Positions 30,175 to 39,909 of a stretch of 64,000 bases of DNA are shown here, one piece after another. Position 1 is the first letter of the stretch. The number at the start of each line of letters is the position of its first letter. The notes below the pieces were generated by a model. It did not search any database and was not told where the DNA came from. It saw only the letters and a list, made by a program, of their open reading frames with translations. Position numbers and translations under genes: made by a program. Source of the DNA: Chloroflexota bacterium (GTDB lineage: Bacteria; Chloroflexota; Dehalococcoidia; Lucifugimonadales; Lucifugimonadaceae); NCBI GenBank assembly GCA_002718455.1, contig PBER01000009.1, positions 15,879 to 79,878 of the forward strand, in the 5' to 3' direction.

Positions 30175-30537
30175 TTATTTTTTTGTTTTCCCCCAAATAA
30201 TTAGAAGTTTTAGTTTTTTATTGCCAGTGTTTTCAAATCCATGATCAATATTTTGCGGAATTAAAACTGCATCACCAGAGATTACAGAAAATTTTTCATT
30301 TCCAACCCACATCGTGCCTGTACCTTCCAAAAAATAATAAAATTCTTCCAAAGCTTCGTTATCACTATGATGATGCATACCTTCAGTAGCTCCGGGGGAC
30401 AGTTCCCAGATTTGTGTTTTTATAGGTATTTTTAGATCTTGATCAAATAATGGACAAACATCAAAAGTCCCTTTTCCTTCATGATGTGCTGGAATTTGAT
30501 GTATATTTTTTGAATCATTTTGTTTGTAGTAGTTCAT
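30175..30537 (-). CDS. cupin-domain protein
   Basis: 120 aa. Cupin metal motif region (GMHHHSD...E and a later H). Overlaps coaE by 4 nt. Confidence 0.7.
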   Translation of the reverse strand: MNYYKQNDSKNIHQIPAHHEGKGTFDVCPLFDQDLKIPIKTQIWELSPGATEGMHHHSDNEALEEFYYFLEGTGTMWVGNEKFSVISGDAVLIPQNIDHGFENTGNKKLKLLIIWGKTKK

Positions 30538-31142
30538 TTTTCTCCTATGTATTGAAAGTTTTTTGATTCTTTTTCTATCAATTTTTTTAGACTATTCAAA
30601 TCAGAATTATTATTAATTATTGAATAATTTATTTTATCCTGATTTAATATGTTTTTGACCTGATCTGTTTTGAGTTGATTATTAAGTATAATTTCAAAGT
30701 TTGTTTCGGATAAATTTCGTTGTTTTTCTACTCTTTTTTTTGATAATTTATAACTAGATTCAATCACCCAAATAAAATCGAAAAGTTTATACCACTCAGC
30801 TTCGATTATTACGGCACCTTCGAAGGCAATTATATTTGAATTTTTTTCAATCTTATTATATATAAATTTCTTAACTTCAGGCCATATTATTCTTTGAAGA
30901 GCATCAAGTTTATCTAAATTTTTAAAAACTAATTTACCTAATTTCTTAGTATCTATATGATTATCATCAGATAATACACTAGGAAAAGTTGCTAAAACTT
31001 GTTCTTTAATTTTATCGTCAGTTGAATAAAAATCTTTAGCTACATTATCTAAATCATAAGTCTCGACACCCATATTTCTGAGTATATTTAAGACCGAAGA
31101 TTTTCCACTTCCTATATTTCCTGTTATTCCTAAAGTAATCAT
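30534..31142 (-). CDS. coaE: dephospho-CoA kinase
   Basis: 202 aa. P-loop GITGNIGSGKSS and CoaE layout. Confidence 0.9.
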   Translation of the reverse strand: MITLGITGNIGSGKSSVLNILRNMGVETYDLDNVAKDFYSTDDKIKEQVLATFPSVLSDDNHIDTKKLGKLVFKNLDKLDALQRIIWPEVKKFIYNKIEKNSNIIAFEGAVIIEAEWYKLFDFIWVIESSYKLSKKRVEKQRNLSETNFEIILNNQLKTDQVKNILNQDKINYSIINNNSDLNSLKKLIEKESKNFQYIGEK

Positions 31143-31235
31143 AATAATTTAACTCTGTATTAAATGATACATGTGTAAAAATTTAAATCTAAGTAATATA
31201 AAAATATCAACCCCCAGAGGTCTGAGCAACCAGAT

Positions 31236-31261
31236 AAAAGCCCTATTCAATTAGGGCTTTT
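31236..31261 (-). terminator. rho-independent terminator hairpin
   Basis: Perfect 10-bp stem AAAAGCCCTA / TAGGGCTTTT with a 6-nt loop. It sits directly after the TAA of the 31261..31587 gene and has T-runs on both strands. Confidence 0.6.
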
Positions 31262-31587
31262 TAAATTAAGCCTCTATCTTTTAATTTTTCTTTAGTAACA
31301 ATTTCATGAAATTCAATTTCATATGAGTCTACAATATCCATAAGTTCAGCAGACAAGCTTGATTTAATCTTATCTGGGACTTTGGTAAAGTTTATTGCTT
31401 CGAGTGATTCCTGTTTCCATTCTGCGCAAACTCCAAATGTTTCCGATGGAGTTGAGAATCCCATTACATATATTGTAGCTTCAGTTCTGCCCTGCTCTTC
31501 ATATTCATTGCATATTTGATGAAGCATTGAAGCTACTTTCCATATATCTTTTCTTTCCACCTTACATATTCTTCTAACTAAAAACAT
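31261..31587 (-). CDS. small hypothetical protein downstream of the enolase-superfamily gene
   Basis: Track ORF trimmed to M12, since GAGG lies about 6 nt upstream of the ATG at 31587. About 108 aa. No motif recognised. Confidence 0.55.
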   Translation of the reverse strand: MFLVRRICKVERKDIWKVASMLHQICNEYEEQGRTEATIYVMGFSTPSETFGVCAEWKQESLEAINFTKVPDKIKSSLSAELMDIVDSYEIEFHEIVTKEKLKDRGLI

Positions 31588-31598
31588 ATATACCTCAC

Positions 31599-32729
31599 TT
31601 ATCTTAAAGCAATTGACCAATCATCTCTAATTTCTGTTTCTCCATCTCCTGGATTGAACGGATATTTTCCCAATTCTGAGTCGATTAACTCTGTTCCGAT
31701 ACCTATATGTTCAGGAATTTCTATATATCCATCGTTTATTGTGGGATTGTAAGTAACTATATTTTCTCTTGAAGGTCTACCTGGAAGTATAGCTTCATTT
31801 ACATCCCAATTAATTAAACTTGCTGCTAAATGTATTGTAATTAAATTTGAGATTGGACCTAGGAAATTATGAGGAATAATACGTTGATGGAAAGATTCTG
31901 CTACAGCTGCTATTTTTTTTATGTTAGTTATTCCTCCAGCTAATCCAACATCAGGTCTTAAAAACAACACGTTAGGAATCATTGCATATTCTCTAAATTC
32001 CCAAATGGTATTATTTCTTTCACCAAGAGCTAACGGTATATTTATTGATTCACCAATTTCTTTCATTGAAAAAACACTGTCTGGTGCAATGGGATCTTCA
32101 TAAAAATAGGGTAAAAATTCTTCTATGTTTTGAGCAAAAACTATAGATTCAGAAGGTTGCATATTTCGATGAATTTCAATGCCTAAATCCATATCCATTC
32201 CAACCTCTTCTCTAACAGAACCAACGATGTCAGTACATTCCGAGATAAGCTTTCCATAACTTAATTTAGCCCAATTTTTTGGAAAAGGAGTAAATTTAAT
32301 TGCTCTATATCCATCATCAAAAGCTTTTCTTGCTTGTGATACAAAATCCTCTTTTGTTTCTAATTTTCCATATCCTCCAAGTAGTAACATTGCTTTTATT
32401 TTTGTTCTCACTTTTCCTCCAAGTAAATCCCATAATGGTAAGTTTACTTCTTTTGCTCTGATGTCCCAAATAGCCATATCTATGGCGGATAAAACAGCAG
32501 TAAGTGCTGGAGATCGAAAACTATATTTCCTGTAAAGTTGATTGAATAGATAATCAGGAGAATATATTGGATTTGATAAGTCTTCATTCAATTGGTCTAA
32601 TATAGTGGTCATTACATTTCCGTAACTCCAAAAATTACCCTCACCCAATCCAGAAACACCATTTTCATTGGTTAGTCTAATGATCATCCATTTATCAACA
32701 ATCCAATGTTCTATTTTAGATATTTTCAT
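31599..32729 (-). CDS. enolase-superfamily enzyme (mandelate racemase/muconate lactonizing family, acid-sugar dehydratase-like)
   Basis: About 376 aa. N-terminus KISKIEHWIV...GVSGLGEG is typical of galactonate/mannonate dehydratase-like members. Start taken at M5, which is preceded by GGAGAG. Confidence 0.8.
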   Translation of the reverse strand: MKISKIEHWIVDKWMIIRLTNENGVSGLGEGNFWSYGNVMTTILDQLNEDLSNPIYSPDYLFNQLYRKYSFRSPALTAVLSAIDMAIWDIRAKEVNLPLWDLLGGKVRTKIKAMLLLGGYGKLETKEDFVSQARKAFDDGYRAIKFTPFPKNWAKLSYGKLISECTDIVGSVREEVGMDMDLGIEIHRNMQPSESIVFAQNIEEFLPYFYEDPIAPDSVFSMKEIGESINIPLALGERNNTIWEFREYAMIPNVLFLRPDVGLAGGITNIKKIAAVAESFHQRIIPHNFLGPISNLITIHLAASLINWDVNEAILPGRPSRENIVTYNPTINDGYIEIPEHIGIGTELIDSELGKYPFNPGDGETEIRDDWSIALR

Positions 32730-32777
32730 ATATCTCTCCATATAGTAATCCTTATTATTACCGATTATACTTACGAA

Positions 32778-33620
32778 ATGTCAACAGTAATCATAGTAAT
32801 AGTATTAATATCAACCTTTATTCATGCTCTATGGAATTTTTCTATAAAAAAATCTAAATATCCTTTTGAATTTTTGCAATTGTTAGCTGTTGGAAGTGGA
32901 TTGATAGCTTTCCCTGTTGGTATTTATTTTTTTATTAGTGAAAAATTTTCTTTCTATGGCACTTTATTAGCCATTATTTCAGGACTAATTCACGTATTTT
33001 ATTTCTATGCATTAGGAAAAGCATATGAAAAAGGAGAACTGTCAATCGTGTACCCAATTGCAAGGGGTACAGCGGTTGCATTAGTACCCATTATCGGTAT
33101 TTTAGTTATTGGAGAGAAAGTAGGATTTACCTCAATTTTTGGTATCATAATTGTCTTTATTGGAATCATAGTCCTTGCTGGGAAATCTTTATTTGTTATT
33201 ACAAACAAAAAAAATGATGCTATTTTAGCAATTTTTGTAGGACTCACAATTACTTGTTACACAATAATAGATAAACTTGCAGTCTCTTTAGTCAATCCAA
33301 TATTTGTTTTTTCTATCAGTTCATTTATCGGGGGTTTTATACCAATTATGATAATTGACAGAAGAATCAATCATTTTAAAAATTTAATTAGATTACACTA
33401 CAAGTTTATTTTCTTTATTTCAATGTGCAGCACCTTAGCTTATCCAATGATTTTATATGCGTACAAATTGTCATCAGTTTCTTTAGTAGCTCCACTAAGA
33501 GAGATAGCTACAGTACATGCTTCTATTCTTGGGATAATTATTTTAAAGGAAATAGTCTCTAAAAACAAAATAATCGGTATTATATTCATAATTTCAGGCG
33601 CTTTCTTTATAGCCCTTTAA
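32778..33620 (+). CDS. EamA/DMT-family transporter
   Basis: Track ORF trimmed to MSTVIIVIVL. About 10 TM segments with a duplicated EamA-like architecture. Confidence 0.75.
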   Translation: MSTVIIVIVLISTFIHALWNFSIKKSKYPFEFLQLLAVGSGLIAFPVGIYFFISEKFSFYGTLLAIISGLIHVFYFYALGKAYEKGELSIVYPIARGTAVALVPIIGILVIGEKVGFTSIFGIIIVFIGIIVLAGKSLFVITNKKNDAILAIFVGLTITCYTIIDKLAVSLVNPIFVFSISSFIGGFIPIMIIDRRINHFKNLIRLHYKFIFFISMCSTLAYPMILYAYKLSSVSLVAPLREIATVHASILGIIILKEIVSKNKIIGIIFIISGAFFIAL

Positions 33621-33711
33621 AAAGAAAAGCCTCTTATAATTTTCTATAGATAAATCAATTCATTCCTAAATGTATTATTATTAACTAAAAATTTATAAAT
33701 GGAGGTTAACA

Positions 33712-34512
33712 ATGTCTTTTGTAGAAATAGATATACAGGATCAAATCATGATAGTAAAACTTAATCGTCCAGAAAGACTTAATGCTCTTGGAAAAGGAAT
33801 ACGTGAAGGTATGGCTGATGCTTTTAATCAATTTAAAAATGATAAAAACCTAGAAGTATCAATATTAACCGGTGAAGGACGAGGTTTTTGTGCAGGTGAA
33901 GACATGAAAGAATCAGTAGAAGCTGGAAGTATAGTAGACACACCTGGGAAAAGTCCGGATTTAGATGATCCTTTTATAAATGGAACTTTAGATAAACCTG
34001 TAATTGGTGCTATTAATGGTTATGCTATGGGAGGAGGATTTATGTTAGTAGAACGAACTGATTTAAGAGTAGCTGTAAAGGAAGCTATTTTTGAAATGAG
34101 TGAAGCTAAAAGGTGGTTATTAGGCGGTTATAATCATGGACATTATGCTAATATTCCTCATCCAATTTCAACAGAAATGGCACTAGGATTTAGATTCTCA
34201 GCTGAAAGATTATATCAATTAGGTTTTATTAATAGACTTGTTGAAAAGGAAGAATTGATTCCAACAGCTTTAAGCATGGCTGAACATATACTTTCTTTAC
34301 CTCCTGCTGCTAGAGTAAACACTTTTTACATGATGAAACATATGGCTCCTAAAGTTGGCAAAAACTTGGAGGAATTAGCTGAAGCTTTGCATGGGCATGG
34401 TTATAAAGATGATCGAATGGAATCTAGACGAGCTTTTGCAGAGAAACGAAAGGCAAACTTTAAAGGATGGAATAAACCAGAAGATAGATATAATATGCCT
34501 AAATTAAAATAA
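33712..34512 (+). CDS. enoyl-CoA hydratase/isomerase (crotonase) family
   Basis: 266 aa. LNRPERLNAL, GEGRGFCAGEDM and GYAMGGG motifs. GGAGG SD. Confidence 0.9.
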   Translation: MSFVEIDIQDQIMIVKLNRPERLNALGKGIREGMADAFNQFKNDKNLEVSILTGEGRGFCAGEDMKESVEAGSIVDTPGKSPDLDDPFINGTLDKPVIGAINGYAMGGGFMLVERTDLRVAVKEAIFEMSEAKRWLLGGYNHGHYANIPHPISTEMALGFRFSAERLYQLGFINRLVEKEELIPTALSMAEHILSLPPAARVNTFYMMKHMAPKVGKNLEELAEALHGHGYKDDRMESRRAFAEKRKANFKGWNKPEDRYNMPKLK

Positions 34513-34551
34513 ATTAATTAAAAATAATGTTAAATTAATTGGAGAAATAAC

Positions 34552-35763
34552 ATGGGAAAATCAACAGGACCATTACAAGGAGTAAGGGCAGTAACTTGTT
34601 CCACAGCACAAGCTGGCACTGTTCCGTATATGTTTATGGCAGATCTAGGGGCTGAAATTATCAAAATAGAAGTTCCAGGTAAGGGAGACGGAAGCAGAAA
34701 TGCAGGTGAAATGAAAGATGGAGAGAGTTCATTTTTTGAGACTAATAACAGGGGGGTCAAAAGTCTTACTTTAAATCTCAAAAGTGATGAAGGAAAAGAA
34801 ATTTTACACAAATTAATAAAAACGGCTGACATATTCGGTCAGAATTTTAGTCCAGGAGCTGCAGAAAGAAATGGATTCGGATATGAAGAATTAAGAAAAA
34901 TAAACCCATCGTTAGTTTATGCTTCGATCTCAGCTTATGGACCTGATGGACCAAGTGCTAATTTGCCTGGCACAGATGCTGTTGGTCAAGCCCTTGGAGG
35001 TGTGACAGAAGCCTTTGCAGTACCAGGGCAACAAATGAGAACTGGAGTAGCTTCCGTTGCAGATGAAACATGTGCAATGCTCACTTTAAGTGGAATTTTA
35101 GCAGCTTACATTCATTCCAAAAATACTGGTATTGGACAAAAAATAGAAACATCATTGATTGGAAGTGCTTTTCGTTTAATGGGTTGGACAATGACAACTG
35201 CGATGTGGAGAAATAAATCACCAATAACTGGAGCTCGTATAAATGGGTCAAGAGATAGAGCTGGAATAGCTGCCTGCTTTAATGATATTGATGGAAAAGC
35301 TCTAGCAATTCAGTTAGATCCGAATCACTGGAAACCAGCCTTAGAACTTTTGGGATTTTATACAACTTTAAAAGAAAATAATCTAGAAGATCTGGGATTA
35401 GCTTTTGAAAGTGATATCAAAAAAGATCAAATATTATCATTACTATCACAAATGTTTTCTAAGAAAAAAAGATCTTACTGGATAAATAAATTAAGAAAAG
35501 CTAGAATGGTAGCGGCTCCCGTTAATAGTATGGTAGAAGCATCAAATGACCCAGATATAGTTGCAAATAATTACGTCTCAGAAATTGATCATCCTAGATT
35601 AGGACATAAGATTAAAACGCATGGTACTCCTTGGAAGTTTTCTGAAACACCTTCGGTTTTAGGAGTTTCTTCTACATTAGGAGAACATAATAATGGGATA
35701 TTATCTGAACTAGGTTATAAAAAAGAACAAATAGTAAAACTAGAACAAAAAAACATAATATAG
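34552..35763 (+). CDS. family III CoA-transferase (CaiB/BaiF)
   Basis: 403 aa. GPLQGVRAV...AGTVPYMFMADLGAEIIKIEVPGKGDGSRN N-terminal signature. Confidence 0.9.
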   Translation: MGKSTGPLQGVRAVTCSTAQAGTVPYMFMADLGAEIIKIEVPGKGDGSRNAGEMKDGESSFFETNNRGVKSLTLNLKSDEGKEILHKLIKTADIFGQNFSPGAAERNGFGYEELRKINPSLVYASISAYGPDGPSANLPGTDAVGQALGGVTEAFAVPGQQMRTGVASVADETCAMLTLSGILAAYIHSKNTGIGQKIETSLIGSAFRLMGWTMTTAMWRNKSPITGARINGSRDRAGIAACFNDIDGKALAIQLDPNHWKPALELLGFYTTLKENNLEDLGLAFESDIKKDQILSLLSQMFSKKKRSYWINKLRKARMVAAPVNSMVEASNDPDIVANNYVSEIDHPRLGHKIKTHGTPWKFSETPSVLGVSSTLGEHNNGILSELGYKKEQIVKLEQKNII

Positions 35764-35767
35764 TAAT

Positions 35768-36268
35768 TTACTTTTCTTCAATTTCAATTGATAAAATTTT
35801 GTCTCCTGGATCAGGATCTGACATTGGGTCCCTTTCTCTAATAGCCAAAACTATTTCCATTCCTGATAAAACTTTACCAAAAATTGTATGAGCTCCATCG
35901 AGATGAGGTGTTGGAGTATGAGTAATAAAAAATTGAGACCCATTAGTTCCTGGACCCGCATTTGCCATTGATAAAATTCCTTCGGAATCATGTTTCAAAG
36001 TAGAATTGAATTCATCATTAAATTGATAACCAGGTCCACCCGTCCCTGTTCCTGTTGGATCTCCTCCCTGGATCATAAAGCCGGGAATAACTCTATGAAA
36101 TGTGGTGTCATTATAAAATCCATTTTTTGAAAGATTGATAAAGTTTTCGCATGTAATTGGAGTGAGATCACTATACAAATGTATTTTTATGTTTCCTTTT
36201 TCAGTTTTTATTATTGCTTTATATGTTTTTTTTAGATCAAGGTTTCCTTTTGGGGGTGTTAAATTCAT
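35768..36268 (-). CDS. cyclophilin-type peptidyl-prolyl cis-trans isomerase
   Basis: [15 protein letters not shown] and [16 protein letters not shown]. Start trimmed to the ATG at 36268, which is preceded by GAGGA. Confidence 0.9.
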   Translation of the reverse strand: MNLTPPKGNLDLKKTYKAIIKTEKGNIKIHLYSDLTPITCENFINLSKNGFYNDTTFHRVIPGFMIQGGDPTGTGTGGPGYQFNDEFNSTLKHDSEGILSMANAGPGTNGSQFFITHTPTPHLDGAHTIFGKVLSGMEIVLAIRERDPMSDPDPGDKILSIEIEEK

Positions 36269-36337
36269 TTTTTCCTCATTGTTTGATTTTTTTATAATTA
36301 TCTGAAGATTAATAATATTCATAAAGATGAATAGATG

Positions 36338-37345
36338 TCACCTCAAATCCATAATTAATTTACCAAAATTATCTCCTTCAAAGAGTTTCATGAAATTTTC
36401 TGGTATTTTATTGAATCCTTTGTGTATATCTTCCCTATAAACAATCTCTCCTGATTGAATCCATCTTATTAATGCATTCATTGCTTCCGGATATTTATGC
36501 TCATAATTAAAAACTATAAATCCTTGCATTGTAGATTGTTTTGTCAATAATGTTCTTGCCACTCTTGGTCCTGTAGGAATAGATGAAGAATTGTAAATAG
36601 CTATTTGTCCACAAACGGCTGTTCTAGAATAAAGGGAAATATGATTCATAACAGCATCAGAGACTTCTCCTCCGACATTATCAAAATACATATTAACAAA
36701 ATTTTCTCCTATTTTTCCTAATTCTTTGTCAATATTTTGTTTTTTATAATTGAGGCAAATGTCAAAGTTTAAAGTTTCTTTACAATACTTAACCTTTGTA
36801 TCATTACCTACAATTCCTATTACTTTACAGCCCATCAGTTTGGCAATTTGTCCAACAATAGAACCGACTGCACCTGATGCGGCAGAAATAACAATGGTTT
36901 CTCCTGGTTTCGGTCTGCAAACTTCAGTAAATCCCAAATAAGCTGTCCTACCCGGCATTCCCAAAACACCTAAAGAATAAGTAATCGGTATTTCTGGAGG
37001 TAAATCTATTTTGTTAATTTGAGATTTTTAATCTACAATACCATATTTTTGCCATCCCAATCGTGTATTAATATATTCTCCTTCTTTATATAACTTTGAT
37101 TTAGTTTTTATGATTTTAGCAATAACTTCACCTTCCATTACACCTCCAATTTCAACTGGTGCTACATAGGAAGGTCCTGCGTTCATACGCCCTCTCATAT
37201 ATGGATCCAGAGACAAATATTGAGCTTCAATGAGTATTTCTCCATAATTTAAATCTCTTGTTGTTGTGTGTTTTAAAGTTAGGTCAGTTTCTAAATTAGG
37301 AACACCTACAGGTCTTTTAGATAATATCCATTGTTTATTTTTCAT
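36338..37345 (-). pseudogene. NADP-dependent oxidoreductase of the CurA/YncB/PTGR (MDR) type, interrupted by one in-frame TAA
   Basis: ORFs 37028..37345 and 36338..36964 are in the same frame. Reading through the TAA at 37028-37030 gives ...GWQKYGIVD*KSQINKIDLPPEIPITYSLGVLGMPGRTAYLGF..., collinear with E. coli CurA (SLGVLGMPGFTAY). Confidence 0.75.
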
Positions 37346-37399
37346 CTTTTACTCGCTTATTATTTTTTATAGTTTAAAAATATATTTTCTTATAAATAA

Positions 37400-38272
37400 T
37401 TATAAATTGATTTTCAGAAGATCTCTTCCAACTATTATTTTTCCCTTAAAATTTTTAGAAATTCCCGCTCTCCATTTATGAGGTTTATCGAAAGTTGGAG
37501 ATCCTGTTGGGACCAAATGATTAAGTATCAAATTTTTTACTTTTGCTTTCCTTGCAATTTCACCAACTTCCTTCATTGAAGTATGTGCTTCTATAATATG
37601 TCGACGAAATGCATTGTTACCTGGATAGGTAGCCTCAATAATTGCATCTACACCTTCAATATTTAAAACTTCATGAATAAGAAAATCAGAATTTTTTGCA
37701 AATTTTATTAGTTTCTCACTTTTTGATGTATCACCAGAAAAAACAATTCTTTTATCACCTATTTTAAATCTATAAGCATAACTAGGATTAGCTCCACCAT
37801 GGGGAACCTTTATGCAATCTACTGACAAATTATTGTCTTTATAAACTAAAGTATTAGAATTTATTTCATTAATATTAAATATTGAATCAAATTTTGGACG
37901 ATTTTCTTCTTTTATTCGCAATTTTATATCCCATTGCATATAATCCATATACGATTTAATCATTTGCTTAGCAGGAGGAGGGCCAAAACATTGGATAAGA
38001 CCATTATGCCCACTTTGCCATGTTCTGAGAAGTAATGTACCAAAATCTGCTACATGATCTGAATGATTATGAGTTATAAAAATGGCTTTAATAGATTTAG
38101 GATCTAATTTTGATTTTGCAATTTGAGTTGCAACTCCATCACCAGCATCTATAATATAAACATTATTTTTTATTAGCAATGCACTTGCCGGTTGAGATCT
38201 TGTAGCCCAAATTCTTGGTCCACCTCCTGTACCCAAAAGTATCAAATAATCTTGATTAATATCACATTTCAT
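37400..38272 (-). CDS. MBL-fold metallo-hydrolase
   Basis: 290 aa. HxHxDH motif THNHSDHV. Confidence 0.8.
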   Translation of the reverse strand: MKCDINQDYLILLGTGGGPRIWATRSQPASALLIKNNVYIIDAGDGVATQIAKSKLDPKSIKAIFITHNHSDHVADFGTLLLRTWQSGHNGLIQCFGPPPAKQMIKSYMDYMQWDIKLRIKEENRPKFDSIFNINEINSNTLVYKDNNLSVDCIKVPHGGANPSYAYRFKIGDKRIVFSGDTSKSEKLIKFAKNSDFLIHEVLNIEGVDAIIEATYPGNNAFRRHIIEAHTSMKEVGEIARKAKVKNLILNHLVPTGSPTFDKPHKWRAGISKNFKGKIIVGRDLLKINL

Positions 38273-38407
38273 TTAGTTATTTTAATTGAATCATTGAATG
38301 CTAATTTATATCTACACAAATTAGTTTATTATAAGTTTACATTTAATTCATATTTACGTTATGCTAAATATAAATAACTATAGTAGATTATATAAGTAGG
38401 AAAAAAC

Positions 38408-39280
38408 ATGGAAGAAATAATCAAATCTGATTTGAAAGAACCAATTCTTATTTGCACATGGGAAGGTTGGCCGGATGCAGCAGAAGCCGCTACAAAATCC
38501 ATAAAAGAATTATTATCTCAGTCTGAAGTGACTAATACAATTCATTTAAATTCAGAATCTTACTATATATACTCCGATAAAAGACCTTCAGTAACAAACA
38601 TTAACAACAAGCGTCAAATAGATTGGTTAAACAATAAATTTTCTTTTATAAAGCCTAAATCTGCCGATAATGATATTATAATTTTTCAAGGAATAGAACC
38701 TGATCTTAATTGGAAAAAATACATTAAAAACTTTATGAAAATTATTACTCTATATGAAGTTAAAACAGTAATTATGATTGGAGCATTATTAGATTCAGTT
38801 CCTCATACAAGAAAACCAAGAATAACTTTTACGGCTACGGGTAAACAAAATCAACAAATGTTTAAAAATTTGAATTTCTCGAATCCTACTTATGAAGGGC
38901 CTGCAGGCATCACGTCAGCCATAGGAGAAAAATTAGATAAATTAAGGATACCTACAATTTCTTTGTGGGGCCATGCACCACATTATTTACAAATTACTCA
39001 CAACCCAATTTTATCTGCTGCTATTTTGAAGGAATTATCGGAGTTATTATCTATTGAAATTAATTTTGAAAAAATAACTAAAGTCTCCGAAGATTTCAAA
39101 TCATCTTTAAATAATGCGCTTGAGGATCATAACGAAATAACTAAGTATGTTGAAAAACTTGAAGAATCTTATGATACTGAAGAAATGTCAAAAATTGACC
39201 CTGAACCACAAATGATTTTGAAGGATGTAGAAAATTTTCTCAAAGACAAGAGAAAACAAAGTGATGATTTAGGAAAATAA
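38408..39280 (+). CDS. PAC2-family (proteasome assembly chaperone-like) protein
   Basis: 290 aa. N-terminal LICTWEGWPDAAEAA resembles the GW.DAG.AA signature of bacterial PAC2-family proteins, as recalled from memory. Confidence 0.6.
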   Translation: MEEIIKSDLKEPILICTWEGWPDAAEAATKSIKELLSQSEVTNTIHLNSESYYIYSDKRPSVTNINNKRQIDWLNNKFSFIKPKSADNDIIIFQGIEPDLNWKKYIKNFMKIITLYEVKTVIMIGALLDSVPHTRKPRITFTATGKQNQQMFKNLNFSNPTYEGPAGITSAIGEKLDKLRIPTISLWGHAPHYLQITHNPILSAAILKELSELLSIEINFEKITKVSEDFKSSLNNALEDHNEITKYVEKLEESYDTEEMSKIDPEPQMILKDVENFLKDKRKQSDDLGK

Positions 39281-39282
39281 CT

Positions 39283-39909
39283 TTGAAAGATTTAACAAAA
39301 ATCATTTCTAATAATTCTCCTAATCTGGGATTTAAACCTGGTAAAGTAAACCACAGTTTAAAAAAATTATTAATATTAGGTTATTCAAAAAATATATTTA
39401 GAAAAAAAGTTTTAGAGTGCGATGCTTATATATTCGGCTCATCGATTAAAACTGAAATGGGATTCTGTTCAGGTGTACAAATAACAAAATCGGACAATTT
39501 ATCAACTTTAGAAAAAACAGATTTTATAGTAATAGATAATCCTTCAGATGTAAATTTCAATATTTATAGGTATAAAAATCCTATAGGAATAAAAATTAAA
39601 GAAAAATTGAGTCTATTACGTATCAATGCCATCGAGGCCATTAATTTTGATTTTATAATTTACGATAGAGCTCTTTCTCCTAATTTTAATGATATTTTAG
39701 ATATTAAAGAATTATTATCCAATATTGATACACATTGTTTTATAAATATCCATAAATCTAATATAAATTTAGATTATTTAGAATTAATATTTGATATAGA
39801 TATTTCAGGAATAGTAGTAGATCTAGATACTCTGAATAAAAAGGAGTTTTCAAATTTAACAAAGAATATTAACAATCTAAAAGAAGCAAAAGAAAAGAAA
39901 GATGAGTAA
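39283..39909 (+). CDS. hypothetical protein, translationally coupled to tyrA
   Basis: 208 aa. TTG start 2 nt after the PAC2 stop. Overlaps the next gene by 8 nt. No motif recognised. Confidence 0.5.
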   Translation: MKDLTKIISNNSPNLGFKPGKVNHSLKKLLILGYSKNIFRKKVLECDAYIFGSSIKTEMGFCSGVQITKSDNLSTLEKTDFIVIDNPSDVNFNIYRYKNPIGIKIKEKLSLLRINAIEAINFDFIIYDRALSPNFNDILDIKELLSNIDTHCFINIHKSNINLDYLELIFDIDISGIVVDLDTLNKKEFSNLTKNINNLKEAKEKKDE

